Positions 44,101 to 59,100 of a DNA stretch of 64,000 bases are shown here, in pieces. The translations under genes were made by a program, and so were the position numbers. The stretch's first letter is position 1. Every line of letters starts with the position of its first letter. Under the pieces are notes generated by a model. That model was not told the origin of the DNA and made no database searches. It saw only the letters and a program-made list of their open reading frames with translations. Source of the stretch: Callorhinchus milii. Lineage: Eukaryota. The stretch is taken from contig NW_024704742.1 of NCBI RefSeq assembly GCF_018977255.1, forward strand, positions 38,564,001-38,628,000, in the 5' to 3' direction.

Positions 44101-47100
44101 GGGCTATTATTTTATTATTAGATTATAATGTTATGGGGTGGGGGTGAGGGGAGGGGTACAGTCAGTCACTCAGTCAGTCACTGGCCCTCTCCACAGTCCC
44201 CGGTGTATCCCGTCCGTCTCTATCTGTATCTGTCTGTTGTGTGTGTGTGTGTGTGTGTTTTTTTTTCTGTGTGGATTTTGATTCGTGGCGCATTGACTCA
44301 GCTCTACACAGTGATGTGACCTCCTTTTCCCCTCCTCCCCTTTCTCTGTCTCGCTTCTTTCTTTATATATATATAATTAAAAAATCTGCCCCTTTTTTGG
44401 GGGGTTAAACACACACACACACGCACTCGCGCGCGCGCGCGCCAGGTGTGTTCGTTTGTAATGAGGTGTTTTTTTTCCCCCTTTTCCTTTTTTTTTGTGT
44501 GTGTGTTTGTGTGTGTGTTCATAAAAACAAATGATCGTGTGAAGCACTAGCTGAGCTAGACAGTTTCTTTTTAAAGCAACCTCCTCCTCCTCCAAAGAGT
44601 TTGAGGCACCCACCCTTGCTTCCATCTATTATGCACCGACACGTTTGCAGAGGAGAGATCTAAGTGGTTACAGATTTATACTTGTTATGAGGGGGAAGGG
44701 GAGATAATTTTGGCCAGGGACAGGCGAATGCAAATGTTAGGTTTTATATTAGAACACGAACACGTTTCAGCGATCATTTAAAAATGCAAATTGCACATTA
44801 TCATCAAAGGGGGTGGGAGGGGGGGGGACGGGACACACACACACACGGTGAAATAATTTGAGCAGCATTAGTGGGTACTGTACATGAGTATTAATTTTGT
44901 AATGTAGTTACACGTGTTAAAACAACAATAATAATCTTTTTTCAAAAATATTGTTGTCCACAGAAAAATGTTCATTGGGGGTCTTAGCTGGGATACCAGC
45001 AAGAAGGATTTGACAGATTACTTATCCAAGTTTGGTGAAGTAGTGGATTGTACCATAAAGATGGACCCCATTACTGGGCGATCAAGAGGATTTGGTTTTG
45101 TACTATTCAGAGAGCCTGCAAGTGTGGACAGGGTAAATTACTTTTACTTACTGTTTTGTAGTTTGAAGATTACAAAATGGTTGTTCATTTATTTATCTTA
45201 AATTGCATTGGCATGTTCAAAACTGCACTCTACAAATGTATATGAACACTTCCTTGAAAATCTGAAGATCTTTGTAACCAAATAACCTAAAGAAACTCAT
45301 TTTTTCACTTCCTTTGTTTACAGTAGTTATTAGTGTGTTTTATTGAGGTGTTCTGTTCAGTTGCATAATTAATACTATTCACGATTCAAGTATTGGTAGT
45401 GTTAACCAGCCTGATTTGGAAGACTGCCTTACAATATTTCTCTCCTTTTGATTTGCACTTGGGGTCATCCATAATTGTTGTGTTTGCAACTTTATGGAAA
45501 GAGAATGTTCCATATGCGTCTTATTATTGTTTTTTAAACAACATATGTATGTGTGTATATTATATTTGTTGGGCATAATGATCAAAATATCTTGTGATAA
45601 AGATGAATCCTTATCGATAGACCCACGGAAACCAATACTTCGGATGAGGTTTTAGAACTTGAGTGATTTTTACTTAAACATTATCCATATTGTACGTATA
45701 AACTGTAGAACCTTACCTGTGAGAATATTGTTCAAAACTCGATCGATTTTGAAGATATTTGTTGTCAGCAGGGAATGATACCAAGAAGCGTGCAGTTTGT
45801 GTTCTTGTGGCACTGACCTCTGCTTTTCACCCAGTTCATGACTAATTGGCAGGAAGCTAGGTGAGTAAAGAGCGGATGTGATCATTTTAAGTACACAAAT
45901 GTGCTTTCTGATATTGATCCCCGCTGGGAAAAAATATATTTTGGATCGAGGTAGGAACTGCTCCCCTCCATGGGTAAGCTTCTTTGGCTCATGCTTCGTG
46001 AATAATAAGTAATTGGCCATTGTAGCCCAGAAGATATTACTTTTTTTAATATCTCTGTATGATTTGAAGAAACTTACCTATTAAACTATTTTAAAAAAGC
46101 TTGAATCAGTCATAGACATTGATATTTGTGCAGCAGAGATCAATGTTATGAATGAATAATTTATGTAATTATGCCATTTGTTTTTGAAATCTTGTTTCAA
46201 TGAGATCAGAACAAGGAACAAGAAAGGAGAGCTCAGCGGCATAAGTACACAACTGTGTACATGAACCTCTGACCTCTGGTGCAGAAGATTGAATATCTTT
46301 GTAACAGATGGTTGCTAGAACCTTTTTTAAGACTGAAGGTGGGGGAGGAGAAAAAAGTGATGAATTAGTTGCAAATATTATCACTATGAAAGAATAAATG
46401 ATGAATTTCAGAGATTATCGGCACAAAGGAATGTGTGAATTTCTTTAAGAGAATTTATCAAAAGTGCAATTTATCAAAAATTTAAAGGTAATAAGATTTG
46501 TACCTTGAACATGGTGTAAATATTCTTGGGGCAGATATGTAATAAAGCCAGTACTTTTACCTTTTCACCATGAGTCAGTGAGCCTTCAACTTTTTAGGCT
46601 CAAAAACTGGGACTAAAGCAGAGTCCAGAATGGAAGAACTTGAAGCTTCAGAGATGCAGTTTAGATTTTCTGAAGTTTGTGGTCACAATTGGTGCACAAT
46701 GATGATTATTTTAAGTAATGGTTTCAGTGATTAGTCTTGTCATTTCAATATGTAGGGGAAATTATTGAAACTTGTAGCTTTAGTATGTTAACTTCTTAAA
46801 CTCTTGCAGGTCTTAGAACTCAAAGAGCACAAGCTGGATGGCAGACTCATTGATCCTAAACGAGCTAAAGCATTAAAGGGCAAGGAGCCAGCGAAGAAAG
46901 TGTTTGTTGGTGGTCTTAGCCCTGATGTACCAGAAGAAATGGTTAAGGACTATTTCGGAGCGTACGGAGAGGTAATTTATAACTCATTGCCTCATTGGCA
47001 GAAAGACGTTAATGTTAATGGTTACTATTCATAGTAAATAGAGGCAGTTTCTATTTTTAAGTTTATGGGAAGTCATCAGTAAGATTTGGAGGATCACATT

Positions 47101-50100
47101 GACAGGTGTACTATGTATCTTTGACAGAGTTCTGGACTAATGTTTTGATTCTTCTATGCTTTGATCAACTGTCAACTAAGTTGTCGTTGTCAGTTGATTT
47201 GTAAAATTTTAATAAATCAGGAATAAAAATCAAGACTATCCCTTTATTAGAAAGGAAGGGCAGTTTGTGTCAAACATGTTTAATTAAGTATTTTTAAGGT
47301 GACCAGTGGATTGACTAAGAGATTTTTAAAGGGCCATTATTGAATGAAGATTGGATTTTCAAACTCTTTGCATTTGTACCAATGATTTGTAAATATTTTT
47401 TATGATACACTACAGCCCCAAGTTGTGGCAGCAACCAGGTTCCAATGTTATACTTGAAACCTTTTTTGTACTGTCTTCTTTCTCAAATTGTTTTGTGCAT
47501 AAAATTGACAAAGGCACAGTGCACACTGGGCATTAAAATGCACACTTGTTCATAATGCCATACATTCATACATAAAGTTTAAACGAAAAATCACAAGAGC
47601 CCAAATACATGTGTCTTATAACTAAGGAAATATCTTCCAGCTGGGAAGTTAGTTTTATTTTTCAAAATCTTTCTTCTTTCAAAGAAAGAGCATTTTGTTT
47701 GCTTTTGAAGGACTTAAATACATTCTTTCACTTAACACACTTCCTTTCATAGGGTATTTCTGTCTTGCTACAATGAAAAATTCCTCTCGTGCTCAGTTGC
47801 AGCCTTCAGTCTAACGTGACCAAGTCACACTTTGAATTCCTAGTCTTGCAAGAAGCACATTTCCAGCCACATGCTATGGATTCAAATCTCAGCATCTCCC
47901 TCCACTGCTGAATGTCTGCAGCAGTTATTTGAGTGAGAATCGTTTTAATGTAACTGCATTAAAATACTGCTCTTTTAATCGTTTTTTATAAGGGATTAAT
48001 GATAATCTAATTCTCATGTTTGATGTATGGCCTTTTGTAGATGAAGATTGGTCTGTGAAGTTACTTTTATGGTAGTATTTGTTTGTAGTGGTTGACTCTG
48101 CACACAGTGCGTTTGATTATTGACCCAACAAATTGAATTCCCTTTCTCTAGGTAGTGATCAAAAAAATTGTGATGGCTTTTTTGATCAGTGAGGCATTAT
48201 GTGACATTAAACCATGTTAACCAGGGATGTTGCACGTTTGACCTCTTATCTGCTGAGTGAGGTTATCCCAAGGTGTACCTCTTTGACTATGCTTTTTGCC
48301 ATCTTTCTTTTCCTCACCCCACCCCTTCAGCTTCCACCCCCAGCTCAGGTGCACAGCCAGCGGTGTTAAGTACTTTGAGACTTCTTCTCGACCTGAAAGG
48401 TGCTACATAAATTTAAATTATATTATATCCCAGCTGTCAAAAAAGGGTGCTAAAATCCTATCTTTTGAGTAGGGAGGTGAAAGTAAGCCAGAATTCCCCA
48501 ACTAATTGCTGTCTAGTAATCCCTGAGGGAATGTATGTACTTTGGATAGCTAAGAACCATTAGTAGTTTCTTGTTCGTCAAATAAAACCCCAGATTTTTA
48601 GATGGGGGGGAAAGAGTTTGGTGGTCTACAGAGGAGAGAGGGGATGCAGATTTTTGCATCAATAAGGTAAATTTGGTGAAAATTTAAATTTATTTCAAGA
48701 CCCTGCCTCTCACTTTTATGCCCTGGCGCTTCCTTACCTCTCCAATCTGATCATATCCCACTCCATTACTCGCTGCCTTTACTCAGTTGGCTTGGGTCTT
48801 CTGCACGTTTCTCACCTCCTCTGCTCTACCATTGTAGGCTGTGCCTTCAGCCACTATCCCCTGAATCTCTAGAACTCCTTGCCTCAAACCCTCTATCTGC
48901 CCCCTTTTTCCCCATTTTCAAATCACACCTGAAGTCTTTCTTCTTCAACCATACCTTTGATCACCTTCCCCTGTAGAAAACATACTGGGTACGAACAAAA
49001 CAGTTGATTTATTGATGTACACATTGCAATATTTGCATTTGTGGATATGTGCACACATTGGGCACCATCCCAAATACCAACAAAATGCTCAATTTGCTTT
49101 CTTAAACTGAAATTCGGGAGATTATTGCTCTTTACTGATTGATGTTTGCCAAAAAGGTATTTATAATGAAAATTTGTTTAAAAAAACTATTTTAAAGCAA
49201 ATTATGAACAGAGAACGGATCAGGTTTGACTCAGATTCTGAAACAGATCACTCAAATTTGATGTAGTTGAACTTTGCATTGCAGATTGAAGGTATTGAGC
49301 TACCCATCGACAACAAGACAAACGAGAGGAGAGGATTCTGTTTCATCACGTTCAAGGAGGAAGAACCAGTAAAACGGCTTTTGGAGAACAAGTATCACAA
49401 TGTAGGATCTAGCAAGGTATGTGTAGTAAGATTTTTCATCATTTGATATAAGGAGTACGTAATATTATGTTGGTTTTAGTGAAAAGCACCTTGAAGCTTG
49501 TATGCCAAACTTTCTTACTTCAAAACATTATTTGGTTATGCTATGCCATGTACAGTATGATGTGCAACTAGTAAAGTCTGGATGTGTGTTCCTTTAATTT
49601 TAACTTGATTTGCAAGGATATGGGGAAATAGGACTGATTAGGTTGCTCTTCCAAAGAGCCGGCACAGGCACGATGGGCCGAGTGGCCTCCTTCTGTGCTG
49701 TAATATTCTATGATTCTCTAGGACATTTACGATTCAATATTTATTTAAACTTGTATATCAATCATGTGAAAAGGCAGTGCAGCTTATAAACAATAAAGCT
49801 TATAAACCTACTGATTGTCGCTTTATTCAAGTTCTTTTTAAATCACAATTATCCAGAAAAAATATTATCTTTTACTGCCTTCTTAAGTACCATTCTATAG
49901 TAGTTAAGCTTTCAGATGGTGAACACAAAATTGTAGTGTCACCTTTAGAAATAAGAAGGGACAGCAAAATAATGGGAAACTCGAGGTGTTGACCCAATTT
50001 CAGTCACCTTTTACATTAGGCAGATCTGAGGAGAAAATCTATGAGATGGCTGGAAGAGTAGTGGGATCGATCCTGCATTCTGAAGTGTTTGGGTAAATTT

Positions 50101-53100
50101 ACCTCAAAGACCAAACTCCTTGAGAACAATGTCCCATAGATAACTGAGAAATGGTTATTTCTCCTGTTAGTCTTGATGGCAATTGATTTGGTAATTTTCA
50201 GGAAATCATATTTTTGTGGAGTTGTCAAACTTGTAGGGACCAAAGGCTTACTTATGGTCATCTTGTTGGTGTGTGTTTTTTTTTCTTGTGCCATATTCTG
50301 TGAGTACTACCTGCGGTCTAAATTGAGATTGGTGGTATTTTCCCTAAAATTGTGTGCAGGATTTCAGAAGTGACTGACCACTCCCTCTCATGTTGTGGAT
50401 GAAGCAGTAACTTTCGTTCAGTTAATAAGCCCTGCCACTGAACAAATTGATTAAAACGTATTGTGTGGCTGTGAAATCTTTCCAATCTCGTAAGACAGCT
50501 ACGACAAGACTTTGAAATTCTGGATCACACCACAATCAAGAGAGAACATTTTGAAAACTTTATCTCTTCCTCACCATATTGCATAGTTTCTCCTTGCCTG
50601 GGTGTTTCACAAAACAAGGAGTTTGTAGGATATGATCGAGGGGGTTATAGACGTTAGGCTGTTTTTATTTTTTGACTGGGTGAGCACAGTATTTAAATTT
50701 TTTGTCTTTCATTTATTAATAATAATAATCCTTACATTTGATATAGTGCCTTATCACGTCTTCGAGACGTCTCAAAGCATTTTGCTTTGATATTGCTTTG
50801 GTGGAGTTGTGTTAAGCACAGTGTTAAGTTGGAAGTCTTTTGTGTGCCTTCCACTTACAAACTGGGTGCAGCTTTCAAATATTAGAGGATTGGAATGATG
50901 GGAATCCCATGCTGCTGTTTGGATATGACTTTGGGATGTTTACTCAGTGAATTACACACCTTCATGATGGAGGTCTACAGTTTGATGGAGCTTCCTTGGC
51001 TACAAATTAAACAGACACTGCTTAAGATAATAGTGTAGTGTTTGTGTCCCATCATACAGGTGTGAGAAAGATTCTGTCTTCCAGGGGTTCTGTGTTTCTT
51101 TGGCTGGTCTGAAGCATCCAACTCCAATGGCGTGGGTTAACCTGGGTTGATTCATCACATCAACAGAATGGCGTAGATTAGTGGACAAATTACTCAAAAA
51201 TGGTGCATTAATTACACCATAATGCTATCAACTGATGCTTTTTAATGCACTTACATAACATCCACCAAAACAATTTCTTTGAATAATCCAGGAACTTCGC
51301 CAACCTAGATATACCTGCCAAGAACAACTTGCTAGTGACAGCGTTGTGATGAGCTCTTCCCTGAAGGCAAACCAGAAAGTTTTATTCTCTCGTACACGCC
51401 CAAGACCACACCCATAGGGTTTAACTGAACAGAGATATTGATTGTTTTTTTTGTCTTGGGTGTGTTCACTGTGAAGAAATGTTGTGCTCCACATATTATT
51501 TTCATCATTTACTATGTGGAGGTAAGCGGTGTCTCCTTGGAGCTGAACTGGCTCGAAGTTGACATGTTTGGCACCAGAAGGTTTGTGGCATTCTTGGTAG
51601 TTCCTGAGCCAGACAGATCTGCAGTATTCCAGGGCACTGCTGATAACAGCATAGCCAGCCTGGCTCATCGGCAGGACCTGGAAGGGCAGACCAGCCACTG
51701 GGGGCAGGGAATCCTCCCACTCAGCTCCTGTTCACCCTGCAAGCCCAAATCCTAACTTATAGGGTGCTCCCAGCTGGACAAACAATGGGAAAGCTTGCCA
51801 GATAGTGCTATCAATGGTAAGCCACATGGCTTTAGCTGGATAAGACTCCAGCAGTACTCCCAACGCACAGCTAGGATCCCCAAGACATGGCTCTTGCCAA
51901 CCTACTCCTAGTATTTTACAGAATTAGGTAAGCAGGATGTGATCCTCCAGGGAGAGAGTACGCATTCCGTTCCAACAATCTATCTCTGGGATTTCCAGGT
52001 GAAGTGGGGATGTTTGGTTTGGATATTCTTAGCTTGGTGATGGGTTTCCACGTGCGTCAGACACCCGGATAACCCCCACACCCCCATCCCCCAAGAAAAT
52101 AATAATAATAAATTGCTATGTATTGTGTCATTTTTTAAAATATGTTTTTAACTTGGTGTAAGTAACAATACCTCCTTAGGTCTGTTGTGTGTTGTCTTCC
52201 TCACCACCCTGTCCTCCAGGCTCCATTGTGTGTTCAATTACCACTGGAAGAAAGTGAATATATTCCAATGAGAATGGGCTTAGTAGAAGTTACTGTTGTG
52301 TAGCACTTTCACTAAGAATATGGAGAAATCATTAGTCTGAATATGTTTACAAGTACACAATCACTATACAGTAAATCCTGCAAAGCACTTTAACCATTTT
52401 GATGATGTGATAAGGTGCAAATAGGATTATTCTTTAGGGGATGAAAAATTGCTGGGACCCTCTTCATAGTGCATGTCATTAAAAAAAGTTTAAGTTTTCC
52501 ATATGTATCATAACCTTGTTTGGTGGGGTTTAGCAGTAGACAAAGGGTTTTATTAACTAGTTTTATTTCTTAGTGTGAGTTTTGACCATCTTCTCCTTGA
52601 GCTTTTATAATCTTAAGGGATTGAAGGTTTCACAATGTCTCTTTAAATTCTGAGATGCACGAAGAGAGCTATATAAATGCTTGTTGATGTTTTTCTTAGT
52701 TGCATGTCTTCTGTCTCGTGCTGTATCTGATGAATGACTAACTGCTGCAACTAAGGTCAAAATGTTGAAATAAGTATACTAGATTGCCTTTTATCCATTC
52801 TTTAGTCCATGGAATTATCCCAAATATTTGTTTCATACAAATGCCATAAAAATGAGTTCCTTTACTCCTACGGTTTTTGCACCTCCAGATTTCTAAGCAG
52901 CAATGTTGTCTTAGTTCTTTCAGAATTGTTTATGATGACAAAGGGAGAATGGTCCTTTTTTCAGTCTTCCAGTGGATCAACATGAGTGGGCCCCACATGA
53001 AATCTCTTATTTATGAGTAGCACAGCTAGTAATAGAACTGACTGATTATGGAACTGTTTGACAATCTAAAAATACACCAAGGAACAGCACCATTTGCTTA

Positions 53101-56100
53101 GTGTATTAAGAGGTATACCTTTAAAGCGGGAAACTAGGATTAAAAATATCTGCTGTGATTTAACAATCCGTCAGAGCAGACTAGATGAGCTCCTCCTATT
53201 CCTAATATTGTACTGCTGATCCTTTAAGCAATTCACATAGAACATTTAACAGCTCTATTTCTAAATTCAATTTTACATTTTTTACTGTTTGGATACTCCT
53301 AGATCCATAACAACAACAACTTGGATTTATATAGTGCCCTCCATGCTGGGTGGTGTCTCAGAGCGCATCACAGTAACGGATCCCGGGACCGAGCCAGGGG
53401 GAGGGGGAGGAAGGTAACCAAAGGCGCGGTCGAAAAGAAAGGTCTTCAGCAGAGACCTGAAAATAGGAAGGGAGGGAGCGAGACGAAGGAAGGCAGTTCC
53501 AGAGCCTCGGGGCATAGTGGCTGAAGGCACGGCCGCCGAGGGTGGAGTGGAGGACTCGGGGACGAGGAGGAGGCCAGACCGGAGGAACAAAGGCAACGGG
53601 TACTGTTTTGAGGAGAGAGGTCAGAGAGGTCGGGGGTACAGAGGAGTGCAGGGACTTAATACAAGGGTGAGGATCTTGAAATCATTCTCTCTGGGATAGG
53701 CAGCCAGTGCAGTCTGGCAAGGACTGGGGTGATCAGGGAGCGGAGTTTCGTGCGGGTGAGAATGCGGGCGGCAGAGGTTTGAATGATTTGGATTTTATGG
53801 ATGATAGTGGAGGGGAGACCGGCGAGGAGGGCGTTAGAGCAGTCCAGCTGAGAGTTGACAAAGGCATGGACAATGAAATGTATGCCTCTTTGATGTGGGT
53901 TTCACATTGGTGATGATGGCTAGGTGCCAAGACATTGGGAGCCAACTGGAGGGATAGAAGTGAACAGAGTAGAAAGTCGAATGGTCTGATTTTTAATAAA
54001 TCATGCACCTTTACTTATTTGTATGTGTATCTGTTTCAGTAGATTCATCTGGCTATCAAGGTGTCAGCCTGGTTCAGTTAGTGGCACTCTCACTTGTGAC
54101 TCAGATTGTGAGTTCAAACCCAACGTAGGGACTCTGAGCTCATGGTCCAGGCCAACACTGTACAATGCTGGGAAAGCTGCACTGTCAGAGATGCCATCCT
54201 TCAAATTAAACCAATTTCCCATCTGCCTGTTCAGGTGGATGTTAAAGATCTTTTGAACGGAAAAGGATGTTTCTTCTGGTGTTTTGGCCAACAATCCTAG
54301 ATAACATTGGACATGTGCTTCTTGACTGTTTGTGGAACGTTGGTTGTTCAAATTGACTGCTGTGTTTGTCTACAAATAAAGTCACTAGAATTTACAGTAA
54401 ATTCTGTGAAGCGGTTTGAGACGTCTCAGCAACATGAAGCACTATATCATATAAAATGATTATTTTACACATTTTCTGGATAAATCTTTGTGGTACAAGT
54501 GTGTGTGTATATATATTTTTATATGACAAATGTGCCATATTTTTAATTTTACTTAAACCGCTTCACAAATGATTCTATTTCTTATGCTTATCTTTTTCCT
54601 TAAAGAGCAAAATTACATTTTAAGAAAATGAGCAATACAGAATAACCTTTGTTTAATGATGCTTTTAGTTGATAAATTCCTTTGACCTATGACTTCACAA
54701 TTTTCACAGTGTGAAATTAAAGTGGCGCAACCCAAGGAAGTCTACAGGCAGCAACAGCAACGAGGAGGCAGAGGTGGAGGTGGGTTTGGTGGAAGAGGTC
54801 GTGGTAGAGGGGGTAAGTTCATTTCCTGACAAGTGGGTTTTGAACATCAAATGGTTTCTTTACTGGAAAAGTAAAGGAATGCATGGCTAGGTCAATGGTT
54901 TCATCTGGTTAGTCTTTTCCTGCTTGAAAGGAAATTCTATGTTGGATGAGGTACGTATACCGTTTTGAACGAAGATGTTAATTGCTGAATTATGAATGTA
55001 GAAAAATCTAATCGATCTGTGTAACATCATATCAAATATATGGCATTCATTTGAAAATCTATCTGTTGCATTTATATTGCAGAATGCCTTAAGGAAGCAG
55101 TCCTGCAATGCCACCTGCAGCTCCCATGTTTTAGAAACGATCCAGTTTATTTCCCAGTGCAGGTTCTGAAAACTCACTTCACTGTAATACGCATGGTTGG
55201 TGTGAGTGGTTTAGCCTCTCAACCTTCTGCGGCCAAAATTGTGGCTATCTCCGGTAGCAGATGTTGTGTTGTGGACATCACTGATTGCTGCATTGTTTAC
55301 TTTGGTGTGAACAGCTTCATAACTTTATCAGAGGGAAAGTAAATATTGTAATTTTACTGTAAATGGTATAAAGACCCTGTGATATTGAGTTGGGTGTCCA
55401 GAATGTTTACAAAGCTGTGGTTCATTGAGGGTATTGGTAGGTACAGGCTAATCCTGTTATAATGCACCTTGCCATTGCAGGTTTGGTTCTAACTCAGTCA
55501 TCAATCGGACCAGAGAGTGCGGTTCCAGGCTTCCCTGTGTGCTGGGCGCAACTTATGGGAATTATTTTCAGTCATTTTTCAAGAAATGGCATGAGTCACA
55601 CCTCCTACGAGCGGTACATAGGAAATAATGTTGAAGTGGCCAAGTTGGCTTTGTGTCCTCATTGTAATACAATGTTTGGGTTTATGGATCTAAAACAATG
55701 CTTCATAATGGAGTCTGTCTGTATTTCCAATGAAGTAAATTGTTCTGAGGTGTCCTGCATGGAGACGGGTACAACTAAGTCCACCAAATTAAGGTTAATT
55801 TTTATCTCCTTCCAGTTACTGTTTTTATGCTGGGGATAGGCAAAGAAGATTCACTGACCTAGATTCAAGTTCTGCTTGTGGTAACTCACACTCGTTGGAG
55901 ATTGGTACGACTGTGAGAGTTGATCTTTTTCTGTGCACAACCCAAGACAGCACCGTCTTTCTTGCAATCTTTCTTCCTCTTGCTCTCTGGTCTAGTTTCT
56001 TGGGTGGAAGATTGTACCAGTAGAAATTCACTGTGGTCCTGCATAATAATGACTGCTATTTTCTCTAAATACATGTTGTATTGCCATATTAGAATTAAGA

Positions 56101-59100
56101 AGTGTGTAGTTCCTGGCTGGAAACATTTAACCACCCATCATTTGGACTGTACTTCCAAGTGTTGTGTTGCGCTTGGTGTATAAATTACAAAAGCACATTT
56201 GAAGAATGCCACCAGAATTGAAAGTTTTACAATTTGCCCAGTAGTTGACTAGACTATTTTCAATACATTTTCCTCAATCGGGAAGCTATCTGTGTAATTT
56301 AATTTTGACTATTTGTGAGGCTTTTTTGGTTTTGCACGAGGGGGTGTGCCTTCACATTAAATGTTGACATCTGACAACAATGGCGAGTGGCATGCTGAGT
56401 AAAGGCAGTGCTTTTTGTGTTCACTTGCACTGGGCCACTAAATCTTCCTGCAGATAGACACACATATAATGCTTTTAGCCTCTGAATACTTTCTGTTTAG
56501 GTGGTATAGAAGTAGTCTCTTGTAGACTTTCTTGAGTCCTGGCATTAAATTTGTTTGCTGTTATCTGGCAGGCATTTATATCTTGTGGTGTATATTGGGT
56601 CTCTTGTAAGCTTTCTGGGGCATGACATACAAGAGTCGTAGAACAAACTCCAAAGTTGTTTGTGTTGCTATTTTTTTTAGGGCAAAATCAGAACTGGAAC
56701 CAGGGATACAACAGCTACTGGAATCAAGGTTATAGTAGTTATAATAATGGCTACAGCAATCCTGCGTACAATGGCTATGGGGGTTATGATTACTCTGGGT
56801 ATAACTACAACAACTATGGATATGGCCCAGAATACAATACCTACAATAGTAAGTAATGCAGTTGGAGAATTAAATGGTTGCACATTTCCTGTAAAAAGGT
56901 GTGGTTTCAGAGAAATACTTGTGAATTGTATAGAAAACCCTGAAAGGCATTTTACTTGCTGAACACTGTAAAAATTGTGACAAAAAAAAGAAAAATGTAT
57001 TTTGGGGAATCAAATAAAAGAGGCTTGCAGCTTTGTGTCACCTCTGTCCATTGTGTTGCTTATAGCTGGGGCCAATAGAAAATTGTGGAAATATTTGGCA
57101 AAAACTGTGGGGAAATTTGACCAATTTTGCCAAAAATTGCGAGGGGTTGATTGGTACTATTTTACTACTAACCTACATATTTTCACTATTGATAAAAACT
57201 AACTATGAAGAAATAACACATATTAGATGGCCGTAAAAAAAAAATATTAATGCTTTCTTTAACAAAAACTGGGTGGCCCACTTGGGTGGGGGGGAGGGGG
57301 GGAGACTCACAGAGACACACACTCACCCACAGACTTACCGACACACTCACAGAGACACACACAATTACAGAAAGAGAGCCTGAGCGACACACTCCCTCAG
57401 ACACAGCGAGCGATACACAGACACAGCGAGCGACATACAGGCACAGACAGCGAGCGACACACAGGCACAGACAGCGAGCGACACGCAGGCACAGACAGCG
57501 AGCGACACGCAGGCACAGACAGCGAGCGACACGCAGGCACAGACAGCGAGCGACACGCAGGCACAGACAGCGAGCGACACGCAGGCACAGACAGCGAGCG
57601 ACACGCAGGCACAGACAGCGAGCGACACGCAGGCACATTCACAGCGAGCGACACGCAGGCACAGACACAGCGAGCGACACGCAGGCACAGACACAGCGAG
57701 CGACACGCAGGCACAGACACAGCGAGCGACGCAGGCACAGACACAGCGAGCGACGCAGGCACAGACACAGCGAGCGACGCAGGCACAGACACAGCGAGCG
57801 ACGCAGGCACAGACAGCGAGCGACACGCAGGCACAGACAGCGAGTGATGCACGCTCACAGGCACAGAGAGACACACTCACAGACAGCAATGCACTCGCAA
57901 TCACAGAGCGACGCACTCACAGACACAGAGCAACGTGCACTCACAGACAGTGACATATACTCACAGTTACAGAGAGACACGCACGCCCATGCACTCAGAA
58001 ATGCACACAAGCACAGAGGCACACACTCACAGAGAGAGTGACACACACTCACATATACAGAGAGACGCACACTCACAGATACAGAGAGACGCACACTCAC
58101 AGGCGTTTACAGACAGAGACACACTCACAGACAGACACTCAGAGACACATCCACAGGGAGAGAGACGCCCTCACACAGAGACATACACAAACGCATACAG
58201 GCAGAGGAGAGAGACACACAGATAATCTCAACAGCGGGTCCTCGGGTTGAGTGAAGTCCATTTCCCGCTCGTGCCTCACCACCCACAGTAGCATCGAGCA
58301 AACAGCCGGGCAGTAGCGTGCGGAGGCCCTGTGCTGAGCACACTTTGTTTTTGCTGTTTGTAGCAGAGGAGATCGTTCATAGCGGATTCCATGGAAAAAT
58401 TGCGGCCCACTTTTCTATTGGTCCAGCTTATAGCTGCTGATAAGCATATCAAGTATCTACTTCAATGTTGACATTAATACTCATTACAGTGGAACCTCAA
58501 TTATCCATGAAGATTTTCACTGTTGCATGTCAGTAACTGCTGAGCATCAATTTATTTGAATTAAAGTGACAGACCAAGTTGTGTGTAAGTTTTGGATTGG
58601 TAACCATTCATGTTGTATGTGATTTAAAAGTGGTTTTGTACAACATTTATATGAAAGTGTGAAGTGGCTTCATGAGTTTTTCCAAAGGGTACTCGAGTCG
58701 TAAAGATGTGCAAGGTTTCAGGTTCAATACCTGATCTGTGAGTTTGTTGATTCCAACTGGGGAAGAAGTAAAGATGCTCTCATTGGCATCACTGTATTAG
58801 ATTAGGGTGGGGAAAATCAGTCACCTGTCTTATCAGTCATCGATGCTCAAATTGCATTGTGTGAACACTGGGATAGGATCGGCTTGACTGGCAAGGTATT
58901 AAGAGGGTGACCGACAGCCATATCCAGAAAAAAAAGTCAAATTCCTTCATGAAGGTAGCAAATTAGCGAGTTGTTTTTTTTTTGGAAAAATGCTCTTGAC
59001 AAAAGAGAATAATGTCTTGGCCTCATATCTGTTTAGTCAACTTTTGACTGGGTAACACTATTCCATCTTGGAGGGGGGAAAACTGACATTACTCATCTTG

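Noticed and set aside
43037-44147. 100-226 aa Pro/Gly-rich ORFs in the CpG island
   Set aside because: Low-complexity products of G/C and CA runs. The real coding frame starts at GCCGCC-ATG-G at 43729.
57250-58041. CRISPR-like array or 263-aa repetitive protein
   Set aside because: Head-to-tail 24-bp units with no unique spacers and no cas genes. The long ORFs on both strands come from a stop-free repeat unit divisible by three.
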